Below, piece by piece: positions 1 through 13,649 of a stretch of DNA of 64,000 bases. Origin of the DNA: Rhizodiscina lignyota (lineage: Eukaryota); contig ML978129.1 in assembly GCA_010015805.1 (NCBI GenBank), positions 1 through 64,000 on the forward strand, written 5' to 3'. A program made the translations under genes and the position numbers. The notes beneath the pieces were generated by a model. The model worked only from the letters and a program-made list of their open reading frames with translations, was not told where the DNA came from and did not search any database. Position 1 is the first letter of the stretch. Each line of letters opens with the position of its first letter.

Positions 1-259
1 GGGGGGGAGAAGATGGGTGCATCTGAACCCTGGAGAAGATGAAGATATGTACTCTATGGCACTGCTGGCACTCTGAATGGAATCGCGCTCCACACTTTTC
101 TGCAGTCATCATTTGATTTAGAAAGCTAATGGAAGCTATCTTTCAACCTCGACTTGCTCGCAGGGTGCCAATATCTGATCATTTTATGTCTGTCAACCAC
201 TTTCTAACTTGTAGCGATGTCGTCGAATCCAAATTCTTGGAGACAAACGTCCTCATCGG

Positions 260-1489
260 CTACTCCTTAAGAAGGACATATTCCCTCTCGCTCTTGCCAA
301 ACTTAATTATATCCTTCTCCCTCAACTCGACGAATCTCGTTGGCTCAATCTTCTGCCCATTGAGAGTTGTCCCATTTGCGCTGTCCAAGTCCAGTAAATA
401 CGGTCGGACGGTTCCCTTCTCCTTTTTCGCCCCACCAGTTCCATCTTCTGCGAACTCCGCCAAAAAGTCGTCCACGCCCATCTCTTTCTTCTCTTGCTTT
501 TTCGGCACGTATCGAAACTGTATGACGGCATGCTGCTTACTGCAGCTCGGATGCCCAACGTGCAAGTCTGCGACCTTCTCCTCCCTACCCATCAGCCAGC
601 AGCTCTGCGAACTCAGTTGCACATCGCCCATGCTCTCCTTGCCCTTGAATATGTAGAGTCGCCATTTCGATGACGCAGAAGGTTTGCGTGCGTCTGTTGG
701 CTCGTTGTACTTTAGAATGATTTTCTCGGTGGAAGAGATTTTCACGGTATTCGTCTCTTCTGCGAGAGCACCAGTTGTCTTCCAGTTGATCTGCTCTTTT
801 GGGGGCTTGTCTTCACCAGCATCTCCTGATGGATCTGCGCGGAAGGAGTCTTGCTGTGAGGGCAAGGGCTGGCGTGAGCGGAGTGGTGGGCTTCGAGGGC
901 GGTTTTCCTGAAGTTCTCGTCGGTGCCTACGCGGTGGAGAACGGCTTTTGCTATAGCTCCTACGAGGTCTACGCGGCGGGGCTGGGCTTTCACTGAAGTC
1001 TCGTCGACGTCGGCGTGGCGGAGTGGCACTTCGTGAGTGACTCCTCTGCCTTCGTCTTGGCGGCGATGCACTTCGGGAGTAGCTCCTCTGTCGTCGTGCT
1101 GGCGGTGACGCACTTTTGCTAGAAGACGAGCTTCGGCGCCTCCTACGCTTCTGCTCGCGGCTCCGGCTGCGGTCGCGGTCGCGGTCTCTGCTCATCGAGC
1201 GTGCATATCTCCTTCTCGGCTCGGCGTGCTTCCGCTCTCGAGAAACACTGCGGCTGCTACTGCTTCTGCTGCGTGAGTAATGCTCACGCTCACGCCCACC
1301 CCGCTGAGGGCGAGCAGCGGGACTCCTGCTCCGCCTTCTCCTGCTTGGCCGCTCCTCATAAGAGTCGGGACTCAATGACCGCTTCCTCGGTCGGGCGTCG
1401 CGTGCAGGGCGGCGGGTGTAACGCTCATCTTCGCCGGCGGAAGAGTAGCGGCGGTCGCTGCGACGTGGTGCTGTTGCGTCTCCGCCCAT
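260..1489 (-). CDS. FHA-domain RS-rich pre-mRNA splicing/retention factor (SNIP1/Pml1-like, RES complex)
   Basis: Single 409-aa ORF. Arg/Ser-rich N-half, then LKYNEPTDARKP and an FHA domain (GRE...HPSCSKQHAVIQFR...DLDSANGT...FGKSEREYVL). Confidence 0.9.
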   Translation of the reverse strand: MGGDATAPRRSDRRYSSAGEDERYTRRPARDARPRKRSLSPDSYEERPSRRRRSRSPAARPQRGGREREHYSRSRSSSSRSVSRERKHAEPRRRYARSMSRDRDRDRSRSREQKRRRRRSSSSSKSASPPARRQRSYSRSASPPRRRQRSHSRSATPPRRRRRDFSESPAPPRRPRRSYSKSRSPPRRHRRELQENRPRSPPLRSRQPLPSQQDSFRADPSGDAGEDKPPKEQINWKTTGALAEETNTVKISSTEKIILKYNEPTDARKPSASSKWRLYIFKGKESMGDVQLSSQSCWLMGREEKVADLHVGHPSCSKQHAVIQFRYVPKKQEKKEMGVDDFLAEFAEDGTGGAKKEKGTVRPYLLDLDSANGTTLNGQKIEPTRFVELREKDIIKFGKSEREYVLLKE

Positions 1490-2737
1490 TGACCGCTGAG
1501 GAGAAGAATCGCAGGTGTAGGTGGCGCGTTGGTGCGATTAAGTGCGGTTGCGAAAGTGCGGTGAAGATTTGGGAGGCTGTGCTGCCCTAGCCGGGATGGT
1601 GCAGGCGCCAAGACGTAGGGCTGCACACGCGTGCCTCGAGCAGTCTCTCGAACGCCTCATGACTGAGCAGCAGTTACAGTGTCGAGACTATGCGACCGGG
1701 CTAGGCTTGCTACAACCATTACCGGGCGTCATTCAAGCGTAGAGACTGCGTTGAGGTGGCTTCTGCAGTAATCCAACGTGTCGATATACCTTGGCTCAAG
1801 CATCAGAGGACAGCCCTTCGACTTGGCGAAATCAACACGCGAGTGTCGAATTCTTTGTTCTGGCCCTGTACGATTCTGGTACGTCCATGTCACGAGTGGT
1901 CGGTATTAGCAGTCCGGCTCGGCATTGTAACTATTGCTCATGTGCCAGCTCGCCGTGCTGCTTCTGAACCTGAGGCAGCAAACGTTCGACGGGCCGAGGG
2001 GACTGCCGTCGTTGTTTTACGCGCGAAGATCAATTTGCCCAGCGTATCTGGGGCGCTTATGGCGAGGTGGAGAGGCCCAGGTGTCGTTCGAAGTTTGCAC
2101 GCCATATCCAAGTTGGCGCGCGGTGATTGGCGAGCAGGCTGACTGTCCGGATGGCCACTCCGCACGCTACAGGCGTGGTGGAGCGACGCGCCCATGCTAC
2201 TCTCCAAGAAAGCAAAATTCCCTTACCGCTCTCACCACTCACCTTCCACCGCGCCCCGGGCTCGTCGACAGATGCAACGTGCAAGGTTTCTGGGAGCTCC
2301 GACATGCACGCCATCCACCCTGTCAAACATTCCGCGCGGGCTCACCGTGCTCTGCTACACTCGCCAACTGCAACGGGGGCTGGGGAATTCTCCCTGCGGC
2401 ACAGTGGGCAGTCAGGTAGGTTCGCGTCTCGTTTTGCTTTTCGTGTCGCGATGCGCTGTGCGCTTCTTTCCTCAAGCTTTTCTTCTCCACGCTCTCTCCT
2501 ACCTCCTTCAGTCTGCAGAATTCGCGTCTTCGAACGACCTCCCGCATCGAGAGCACATGTCGTCGCCGGCGTAGTGTCGCACGGCGTGCCTGCAGCGCTG
2601 CTAAGCCTTAGCGGGGCCCGATGCGATGGCGGCCAGGGTCCTGCACTCGTGGGCCAAGGGTGACCGCAAGTACACCGACCATCTGCGAGTACACCCAACC
2701 GGCGGTCTGGTGGCCATTGACGTTCTGGAGAGGGAAA

Positions 2738-5517
2738 ATGCAGCCACCGCTAGTGCGCCGAGGAACAGTAGAAAGGTATGATAGCTATAGCTTTGAAATA
2801 CACCCTCCTCCCCCTGCTCTCACGTCGCTGTTATCTCCAATTCTGTTCCCTAATTTCTCACGCGACTGCTGCCGCTCTCATCACGCTCGACCCGCCTGTG
2901 TCCACACGACACTTTCAGTCACCAAGCACCTGCTAATCTCATAAAGCTGTCACTTCGGAATAGCTTGGGACGGAAGCCGCTTACCCTCACGGTCCCTTCT
3001 AATTCTAATAAGAATGCTTTCGACTACCCATTCTCACCAGCGTCGATAATTCTGCATGACAGCAATAGCATAAGCTCCCCAAGCTCTGCCACAAAGTCTG
3101 GGTTCAGCAGTGCTATATCGAATCCCTCGCCGTCGACCATTTATACTCCCGAGTCACCACTAAACAAGCCTCTTCCGAGAAGACCTCGCTCGCCATCGTC
3201 TCCAGCTCTTTCAACAGTCGCCGAACTGCCGACATTTACACCGAGCCCAACGGCTCCTGCTATCTTGACACCACTCAAGATCCAAATTGCAATGGGACTA
3301 GCAGAATACGGAAGACCAGTGCAAATGGAGGGGTTTGACATCCAAAGACCAAGGACTACTACGGGCGTCACGCCAGCAACGAGGCAGCATCGCAGGAATA
3401 GGAGTGAGAACTTGAAGCCCATGAGAGATCCAAGAGATCCAAGAGACGTTTCTCCAACACCGCTACCGTTGTTTGCACGCAGTCGGACTGTTGTACATCC
3501 GGCTCAGGGTGGAAGTCATGATAGGGTGCCGGTTGATAGCACACGTCAGCCAACCACACACCTTGGGTCTCCGCTACCAGTAACGAAGAAGAGGACAGCG
3601 TCCGGATCGCTTCCGGTCCAGCCGCCAGTACCAGCAAAGGACGCTCCGCATGGAGCAAACTCACGGTCGAATCAAGGCCGTAAGGATCGCGATATCGAAC
3701 TGGAAGCCATCCGCATCGAGCGCGACTACTACTCACATTCACTGAGGGAGACTCAAACAAAAATCGAAACTGCACTTACACAGCTGAGCAAATCTCAGGT
3801 CAACGAGCGCATGCTGAAGGCCCAAATCGATGCCCTCGAAGGACGCCTGGAAGATGCAAATTCACAAAGAGTGGATGCATTTGAACAAAACATGTTCCTT
3901 GAAGAGAAGCTACAGCATCTTTTGTTGAAAGACAACAGTGGCCCGTTACCAAGAATCGAGAGATTCACCATTAACACTGATACGGCCAAGTTGCGCGACG
4001 CAGAACAGCACATTGCCTCTCTTGAGAAACAGCTCCAGGCGACGAGGCAAGAAGGGGGCCTTCGTTCCATTGTCACTGCACTCACTGGCCAAATTGATCA
4101 GTTTCAGAAATCTGTCAAGGAGAAGGACACGTATATTCAAGCCCTGGAGCAGCAGAATAATAACTTCCGATTCCACTTGGAAAACCTTCAGCAACGGCAT
4201 CATTCCACGTTAAAAACAAACGAAGCCTTGCGAGCTGCTCAAGCTGCACAGAAGGATTTAGTGGAAGCACAGCAAGCTTCTGCCGCGCAGTTGACGCATC
4301 TCGAGACGAGGAGCGTGGAGCTAGAAACTCAACTTCACAATGTCCAAGCAGAGAAAGACCAGATCGCAGGACTGCTCCACGTGGAAATTCGCCGCCAAGC
4401 CGCCGTCGTCAATAATTTCGAGTACCCAAACGCCTCCCCACTGAGCCAAATGAGCGAGACGGAGCGTGCTATCGAAGAGGTGAAGGCGCGTGTCGGATCT
4501 TTCATGGCAAAGAATGGAGCCACCAGCGCACACGATCCGTCAAAATCTACTGAGGAGAGAATCGCAGATCTCGAGAAGGAGGTTGCGTATCACATTAAAG
4601 ACATCGTGCTCTACAAGCTGGATGTCAAGGGATACAAGAAGGATCTCCGCCGTGCAAACGCAAAGGTTAAGAAGCTCATCGAAGCCGAGGCAACACGGCA
4701 GACCCTCTCTCCTGCGGGTACCGCTCCTTCGCCATCTCCATCATTCGCCTCAACTGCAACCTCAAGTGGCCCGGGTAGCGCTTATCCTACCACTCCATCG
4801 CCTGGCCCCTACAATGCGATTACTCGCAGCACGTTTGCGATCACCCCAGAACCTCTACCACGGCCAGAACATCAGCCAACCGCCCCAGTAATTGTACCAA
4901 CGATATCTGTCCGAGCTAGGACACCTACTCCGAAGAGGACGAAGCGAGCAGTCACTCCCCCTCCAGCATCATCCTTCCAGAAGTTCGCGAGCTCCACGCC
5001 GACTACGCCGACTACTCCAACTGCACCGCAGACTGTCATTCCACCACCCATTGCAAGACAGCGCTCCATGACCGGACCAGTGAGGTCCTCTTCAGCCGGT
5101 CAGACCAGGCCACGAGGAAGCTCTTCGGTGCCTCCGAGTCCAATGTGGCCGCACCATAGTCGACAGCACTCAGAGCCACCACTCTCGATGTCTGGATCCT
5201 CCCACGAATATGTAGTGGAGATTGGCGACCGCTCACCGATAGTGCAAAACGCCTCCTCGCAAACCGCCATGGCGCCATCGAACTGGCACATGGTGCAGCA
5301 GATGCACGAACATCAGCGCGCCAAGGGCGTGGGCGAACAGCAAGAATATATCCAAGCACAAGCACATATGCAGCAGACTCCGCAGCAGCAGGAGCAGCAG
5401 CGGAAGGGAAGCGCCACCTCGCGGAACAGTGCGCAGGGCTGGCCGGATGTGCCGGGCGGTGGACTGCCGCCGGTGCAGATGTGGAAGGACAGCAACAAGA
5501 AAGCCGTGGGTGCGTAG
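2738..5517 (+). CDS. Uncharacterised coiled-coil protein with Pro/Ser-rich disordered ends
   Basis: 850-aa ORF lacks a nearby ATG. A short exon 2738-2775 (MQPPLVRRGTVE) with a GTATGA donor, GCTAAT branch site and TAG acceptor at 2963 joins it in frame. Long heptad-rich central region. Confidence 0.75.
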
Positions 5518-6399
5518 GAATAATGCGTCTTGCGCGCTGGGAGGGGAGGCTGGAAACAAAGTTGTTATATGATATGTTGAGATTGATGTATCAAGTAGAA
5601 ATGAGTAAACGAATGCATGATGTGTAATAAATCGTTTTTAGGCTGTTGTGTGCGAGCGAATGCGCAGTGATATGCTGTGGTTGAACAGTGTGGAAGCGAT
5701 GCGTTTGATGGAGCCGCAAGCCTCTTCAAATAATTCGACATATATTGTCTACTTTGCATCTATTCTGCTTAGTTCCCTTTCCCATATGATCCTGGGCGTG
5801 TTTTTGTTAGCTTATTGCTGATAAGGAGTTGCCCACTGAATGGAATTGGAGCGTCGTCCGAGTGATCTTCCGTTAAATTCTAAGAAGTCAACATTTTGGA
5901 GAGCATATCGGACAATGGTGAGTCTATAGTACTCCTTTATCGATGTCGTTCCAGTAGTGTGTATGCGGGAGATCTTTTCTTAATTTGGCTAGAGCGGCTG
6001 TGGGGGCGGAACGGGCCTAACCTCGAGGAGTGATGCTCTGTAAATTTTTATCAAGGAAAAGGAGTTTTTGCCAGATGTTGCATGGGAGCTTCGCCTCCGC
6101 TTGGCAATAGCAATCACGGAGCAATTAGGCGTAATCAACAGGGCAAAAAGATCTGGTAACACTGTAAATTTACCTTCTCAACCCCTAGGACTGCGTCCTG
6201 CTCGTGCAGTCCCTCTCTTTCCCTTGTAATCATATTCACTGCCAACGTGGACATTGGTATATAAAGAACTATTCTGTAGATTCTATCGCTCGAATAAGAC
6301 CGTCTCAAGTTCACATTCTATCTTCAGTTTCGCTGTTCTATATCGGACTCTGGCTTCCAAAGAGCTGCCACTATCTCACGGCGTCTGAGGCCATTCATC

Positions 6400-7289
6400 A
6401 TGTATTATCGAGCGTCCTTCCTTCCTCTAATCCTCACATTCGCCTCTCAGATCGCGCATGCCGCCAAACCGAAAGACATTTACGGCGGCGATGAGCCCAG
6501 CCCACATCCTACATTACAACCATCCGAGCAAGGGGGAGATACTCCTCCGCCTCCGGTCACTGCACCCTTAGGTAGTTTCGCTGAGAACGGCGGTCAAACT
6601 CCATTTAAAGGTAGACACCATCAAACCAGCTAGTCCCTTGAATTGACGCTGAGACAGTAACATACACAGACAAGGAGGAGTGGCAGGAACTTCTCGAGAA
6701 GGTGAACGACCTCCTCGAAGCCATCGACGACCTGACAGACTTGGATAACAATCCGACATCGGCGTCGACATACTCGTACGCATATTCGACATATACATCA
6801 GTCGCCAAAGGTGCGTCTGCGTTCATGGCTGGTGCAGATACAGTCGTAACGCTCTCAGCCTTATTCGACCCATCCAAACCCTCGGAAGCCTGCAGCGCCT
6901 TGGGTTCGCTAGCCACGTACTGCTCTGTGTCGTCCGTGCCCAACGCACCTCCGCATAGCTGCGCGTGCTACTCTGGATCCTACTACGTGCCGGAGCAGTG
7001 GAACTCTCTCGCTGAGCGCTGTGCGGACTATTCATGTTTAGCAGCAGACGATCATGATTGTTACTTGGCAACCGTAGCTGCGGATTACACATCTTACTGT
7101 TCCATGAATGTGAATGATTCACCGAGTGCGGCGTTCTCGGCACCTAAGGCGACGAGTGCAACGCCGACAGAGACGACTGCGGCTCCTGCTCCTACTGACA
7201 CTCCTTCTGTTGCTGCGTCTCTCGCTGTCCGTACAATTTTGGCCCCCGTCACTCTCTTCTTCTCATTCCTCTTTATCTTGTGGCTGTAG
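6400..7289 (+). CDS. Secreted, probably GPI-anchored Cys-containing cell-surface protein
   Basis: Signal peptide MYYRASFLPLILTFASQIAHA. Intron 6611-6657 joins ORFs 6400 and 6702 in frame. Cys cluster (CACY), Ser/Thr/Pro stalk, hydrophobic C-terminal tail. Confidence 0.7.
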
Positions 7290-8132
7290 GGAACGCCGCA
7301 TGTTCGACGACAACCCCCGGTCACTTTGTCTTTGTCAGGGCGAGTTGTTGCTACACGAGCTAAGACCACCGCGCAGCTTCAAAGAAAGTGATTATTCATA
7401 TTGCTTGACAGGAGCCTCTAACTTCACTAACTTCGGAGCATTGTCAAATCGAATGAGAGGGATGGACCATTCAGAACGGAGTCGTCAAGCCAATGGAGCG
7501 TGCCGATCAGCGGTGTCCCTGGAACCGGTATATGCTTCGAGTAGCGTTGCCATGCGTGACTTCGCCTTTGGTTCGGCGCAGAGAAGAAGTTGGCACACTG
7601 TGGATTGCTGGAAGAGTATGACCGGCGATGAAGCATTTCGTTGGGTGACAGCTAGAAACAACACCCTATCAAACACGGCATGTGTTTGAACTTGGCCATT
7701 TAGTGTTTTGCCAGTATGTTATGTACTAACACCCGGCGTGTTATGGTATCGGCCTTGGTCCGTGCACAAGCATTGCTTGCAATGCTGTCAGAAGACTGGT
7801 CCGAGCAAAGTCTCTGTGGCTGATATTGGCTACTTTGTTATTGTCCGACTTGGTTTGTCGATTGTGGATAGAGAGATAACACTGGATTGAATTATCGTAG
7901 AGCGCTGTGTTTAAGAATGTTTAAGAGTGGTCTTAGCGTTAGGGGAGTCCATTAATCAGTTTTAGGGTATCCAATATCGCTCATATCAGCATTACTGAGC
8001 AGACATCGCGCCTTGCTTACAGTGAAAGGATGTCCTCAACCCCGAAAACTCCAGTGATGTAAAGCGGCAGTTAAGATTGGTATCATAGAGTCTCTTTCAG
8101 CCACTGCTGCTTTATCAAGGGCTCTAACCCCG

Positions 8133-9850
8133 TCAAAGCTCCCGCTTCCCACCATCATCCACGTGCGTATCTTTTTTCCTCCCCATCCAATCGTCTACAA
8201 TCAACCTAGCAACATTCTTCCCCATCAACGCACTCGTCTCCATCGTGCTAATGAACCCCTCAATTCCACTTGTGTACCAAAAATCTTTATCGAGGCTGAT
8301 CTCCTCGAACGTGACGCGCGGGTAATGATACGGATACGAGTGCCACACTTTCCTGTATATCCACGAGACATCCTCTTTGCTGACGTCCAACTGAGCCTCC
8401 TCGCCTTCGTCATCCTCCGCTCCCAAGGGGGAGTCCTGCAGCCCGAGGATTTTGATGAGGAATTTGGCGTCGATTTCCGTGGGCGAGAAGATCTTGTATG
8501 TGAATTCCTCTCGGGGAGGGTTGACTTTGCGGTTCACGATTGGTTGCAACAGACTGATGCTGAAGAAACCGGCTCTGCCGACGCCTTTGGGGTCTGATCC
8601 TGGCTTCTCGTCTGGCTGCAGTGTCGTGAGGATGATCTCCGGTACGAGCTCGTCCGGAGGCAAGTTGAATGCCTGTGGGGACAGGAGATGCGGCGACGTG
8701 AACAAAGTGACGTGCAGTTGCACGTACGGAACCTTGTCCGGCACACGCTTCGATTCTGGCGCGATCTCGATGTCTGAGAACTGATGCGGCGCGGCGAGGA
8801 CAACAGAGTCGAAATGCTCGCTCTTCATCTTCGACTCAGCTGATCCATCTCCGCCCTCGACTTCCTTCCACTCAAGAATATATCCTCCACCTTCGACTTT
8901 CCGCACCGCACTAACCGCCGTACCTAGCAGCACATCCTTCGTCGCGCCCTCCACCATCTTCTCAAAGATCTTCCAATTTCCACCCTCCACGCCCACCGCG
9001 CCGTCCGTCGCCATGCACACCATCGTCTCCAGCCCATGTATGAGTCCCAAATTCTGTGCATAATTCACCCTCGTAGCCGCCTGCACCACCTCCTGCGCGA
9101 ATAGCCCGCCAACCTTATTCTCCTCGAGATACTGCCATCCCGTCGTCGCAGTGACCGCGGTAAGGCCCAATTCATACGCCGCGTCGCTGAGGCTCGCGAA
9201 CGGGAACATTGGCTCCTCGTAGAGGCTCAGAAAAGCGTTCACCGTCTTCTTCACCAGGTTGTTCGTGCGGATGGGCGCGAGCCCGTAGCGCCACAGCAGC
9301 TTCGCCGTGTCCCACCACCTGTTCGTGGCGCTCTGCGTGATGAGGAACTTCTCGCCATCCCAGACACCGAGCAGCGGCGCAGCAGCGAGCCTAGCGGTGC
9401 CATTGTACCCGTCGTACTCCCTCGCGGAGCCCAATTCGACGGTTCTAAGGCCAAACTCTTCCGTAGCGTTGGACAAGATGTAGTTCACCTTCACGAAGAT
9501 GCTGGCGCCCAGCTCGATGGGGTCGGACGAAGGGTCGTCGAACGCTTGGACTGTCGTAGAGCGTCCGCCGATGTACGCGTTGCGCTCGAAGATGGTAATG
9601 TTCGCCTTCACGCCCGCCTCGTCGGCGAATTTGCGAAGGTGATATGCGGCTGATGCGCCGGCGGCGCCAGCACCTGTTCTGATTGTGAGAGTTCGATACC
9701 ACGGAAGTTGATGTCTAAGAGGAGTGTACCTATCACCGCGACTCTCCTGGCGCTTTCTTCGAGCTTAAGAGGCTGTTGTGCATCCTGGTGGAGTACTTGA
9801 GCTTGGCTTACCGCAAAGCAGCTCGCGAGAGCAAGTCTGGCGAAGCGCAT
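8133..9850 (-). CDS. Prenylcysteine oxidase/lyase (farnesylcysteine lyase)
   Basis: Signal peptide. Intron 9674-9729 restores the FAD motif VAVIGAGAAG. ELGASIFVKVN and YTSGIEGFISTMETSALMGKNVA motifs present. C-terminal KREL resembles an ER-retention signal. Confidence 0.9.
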
Positions 9851-10306
9851 TTTGCAATGATGTTGCGTGGGCTCGACCGCGTCAGTGATATTTAAAATCG
9901 ATCGTAAGACTGGCAATTGTCATCGCCATTGCCTGTGAAGTTGTCGTAGGGCTGCCAACGCATGGATCAGGGAAGGTAGTGGAGCACGCAGGGTGGGTGG
10001 GTCACTGGATATTTGTGGGGAGAGTTCATTGCCTATTTGGGCAAGCCTCCATCAGAAGTCAAGAAGGCCATCTCAGTTTCACGATTGCGCGCAAGACAGT
10101 GAACGCGGGAGTTTTGAAATGTTACAGTTCATGAATAGCACATGCTGGTAGCCACGGGTATAGTAGAGGAAGCCAGGAACCATTGCTCTCTTTCGCAATT
10201 CCTTCCTCGAAGAGGCCAAGCTCCGCAGTAGTCGGAGCAAGCCAGCCCAATCCCGCTTTTGTAAAGACGCTAAGACAGTCGTATACCACCAGCTCGCGAG
10301 AGAGCC

Positions 10307-13300
10307 TCAATCCAAAGTGATGACCTCAGTCTGCCTGCTGTATGTTCCGCCACCACTACCGGACAGCTCGGCCGGCGCAGGCACTGGAACGGCAGCAGTC
10401 TCATTCTCCACCACACCCTCATTCCGCACCACATCATCAAGCTTCAGCAGTGCATCTTCTATACCGCCACGGATATCAGCCATGATGCAAGTTCTCAATC
10501 CTCTCCAACCCACCCCCCTCATCAGCCATAACCGCTGCAGCGCGTCCGCCAGCGCCGGACTCTTCTGCGGCCTCGACGCCTGCTGATCCTGGCCCTGCTG
10601 GCCCTGCGCGCGTATCGGTGGCAAATGCGGCTCTTCGATCATCCACACGAATTGATCCCGCACACGCCGTGTTCGTATGTCTAGGGTGAGGGCCTTGCTG
10701 CGGTACGCGACGCGGTACCACTCGGGGTTGCGGGCGTGGAAAGCGACGCCAGTCTGTTTGCCAGGCTCGGTGCGCAGTTCGCGCGCTTCGATGGTGTCGA
10801 GGACGCGGACGAGTGGGAGGCTGACACTCAGGAAGGGCACGAAGAATTCGAAGGGGAAATTGGGATTGGATGTTGTGGTGCGGTTGAGGTTGCGGGTAAG
10901 GAGTGCTTCGATGCGGCGGTGTGGATTGGTTGGGGGGAAGTTGACGCGGATGGCTTGGTTGTCGTTTGAAGTGCTACTGAAGGTGATCTCGGCTGTCAGG
11001 GTTGTCGAGTCTGCGGCGTCGGTCGCTGCGGGATATGTGAATTTGATCTTTGCGAGGTTGATGCTGTCGATCTGGAGCTTGTGCTTCACTAACGCCGCCG
11101 CACAGCTCCGAGTGCGCTGCAGAGATAAGAGACGTGCGGTAAGCGACTCTGTACAGCATTGTCCGAATGGCGCATCTAGCAAAAGCGCAAACCGTCCGTC
11201 CCTTTGGACAATGACATCTCTATCTTGTACGCCCGTGAAGGTCTCTGAGAGTTGTTTAAGGGTCTTTAACTGACCGCGCACATGATATGTGACGGTATTA
11301 GTGCGCTGTGAGTACTTGTAGATGGAAAGGCGGAGGATATTATAGGCAAAGTTGGCAGACTTTGTATTTCGTTCCGCAGCGGCGAGGAGTTTATCGGTGT
11401 TGATGAGCAGTGTGAATTTCGATCGGGAAGTGGATTGGGATAGCGCAGCATTCTCAGTCTCAGTAGTGAGGTGTTCGTTGGCTTCAAGAGAATGAGGAAC
11501 TTTGAGCTCCTTGAGCTCCCTCTCTGTGGCAGAAATTGAGACAAGCGCAATTGCAAGTCTCTCGATTCTCCGAAGTGGCTCGAGAGAGTGGGGGTCATTT
11601 CCGCGTTGATGCAATTGCGCCTCAATGGGCCGTACGGATCGGATTGACTCGCCAAGAGATGGGTCGGCACTGAACTGATGAGCATGTGGGTGAGGGAAAA
11701 CGAGGCAAAAAATACTTACAGCTCCACAATCCACCACGACTCGCCGCCCAGACTGACTGTAGCGGCTATTGCCCAGGGAGATGGTCCCCAGCTCTGTCCA
11801 CGGAAAAATGACATGGTGATTACTTCCTGTCCAAACGCAGCCGCCGCACGCTCGATTCTCAGATTCTTCAAGACTCGCCAGCCGCAGTACTGTGCTTGAC
11901 GTTCCGTGTGATCTTGCATTTCTCTCGCAAGATATCGGGAAACTGAAGGGACAAGCTGTGTTTCGGGATGCTGCTGGTTGTTCAAGTCTATCTCTGCTCG
12001 AGTCGATAGAGCCGAAGGTGGTTGGAGTACTATTCGGCCAGCCGTAGGCTCAATCGTTAGGACAGCTGGCTCCCGCTGCCCATTGACTTGCATCATCAGC
12101 GAGCAATCGGCAGGTTCACTCTCCGAAACATTTGCTTGCAAAAGTCGGAAGCCATGTCCACCAGGAGATGCCGGTAGTCCGCTTCTGACCAAGTCCATGA
12201 TGATAACCACGTGTCGTGCAATGATCTGCTTCAAGATTCGCTCCATGGACAGGTCCGTCCAATCAAATTTGATGTCGACATCGGCCACCTCTGATCCACC
12301 GCGAAACCACCGTAATTGCAGTCTTGGTGGCGGACGTCCTCTCCATGTTGCTTTATCGTCCTTGGCTCTTCCACTAGCAATACCAATCTCTATCCAGTTC
12401 TTGCCAACCTTTGAACCAGTCCAGTATTGTACAATCAACGATCTTTTAATTGTCTCGACCCTAATCGAATTGGACCAAACGCCTCTCGTGAGCTCTCTAG
12501 CCTGCCGCCGGAGGGTATTGATCTTGTGTGTAAGTGTGAAATCATGAAGGAATTCGTAACAACTGCTCAAGCCTGATGTGCCAAGGAGTTCGTTGGCCCT
12601 ATCTTCCAGCACTTGCCGTAGTTGACTCTGCGGGATCTCGACCGCTGGGGAAAAGAGGAATCGAATATCTAGAAAGAAGAAGCGCGCGGCAGGATCTTCG
12701 TCTACTATGAAAACGTCAAATTCGAACTCGGAAGGTATTCTGAACGTTGCTCGTCCATTGGCAACGTCCCATTGCTTGAGCTGTCTCGGGAGTTCTTCGT
12801 GGAGGTTGATGCGTATTGATAAGAGCGCGTTGATGTTTCTCAGCGTCTCCTGCATCTGTTGAGGTGTTAAAGGGTTCGGGGGGATGTATCCTAACTGCTT
12901 CAGATTTAGCAAGTGCTTCACTGAGAACTTGGCCCTAGAATACTCACGTCAGGTATCCACGACGCAGTGCCAGAAGACAAGGCTTCAAGGGCAGTCCGGA
13001 TATCTGGATTCGGTTGCTTGAACCAGTGTAAATCGATCTTCAACTGTCCGAGCAGGGAACCAACATTCTCAAACTCAAATGCCCTTTGATCGAGCCATGC
13101 CTTGACTTTGACGAGCTGCTTGACATCATCCGCTCTTTTGCTCCACTGCAAGATAACCAGTAGTTTGATAAACTTTTCGCGATGCTTGTTGGCGAAATCC
13201 AGAATGGTCCTCTTTTTCTCCGCACTGATAACTTGCGCGTCCCCAGACACTGGACTAACGGCGGATGCGCCATTGACTCCGTTGGATTGTAACCTGCCCT

Positions 13301-13649
13301 GCAAGTCTGCCATTTTACCGATAACATCGTTCAAGTCGTTGAAGCATTCCTGGCTCACTCGTTCAATTAGCTTGGAGAGTGGGGAGAACGACGATGCTAT
13401 GGCGTTGAGCAGCTCCTCAGGAAGGTCTCCCAATTCCGGAGGTGACGATGCGCCATTGACCATTGGCACGTCCACGCCTTGATTCAGCTTCGGCAAAGAG
13501 TGATCGCCATTCGTGAGGCGATTGCTGGCGCCCTTCTGAATGACCTGCATGCTGTCGGCGCGCTGGTTTGAGAATAATGTCGGAGCATGGTCGTGCGGGA
13601 TGCCATTGCTCAAGTGCTCAGCGTCGGTCATGATGAGTCGTCCCGGCAT
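10307..13649 (-). CDS. MED14: Mediator of RNA polymerase II transcription subunit 14 (Rgr1)
   Basis: Three ORFs joined by introns 12895-12947 and 11670-11719. N-terminal Med14 motifs (FIKLLVILQWSK, PNPDIRTALEALSSG, GRATFRIPSEFE). Confidence 0.88.

Noticed and set aside
900..1330. Repetitive sequence in the FHA gene
   Set aside because: Simply encodes the RS/SPPRR repeats of a splicing factor.
1500..2700. Cluster of overlapping 60-180 aa ORFs
   Set aside because: GC-rich divergent promoter/UTR region with no motifs or consistent exon structure.
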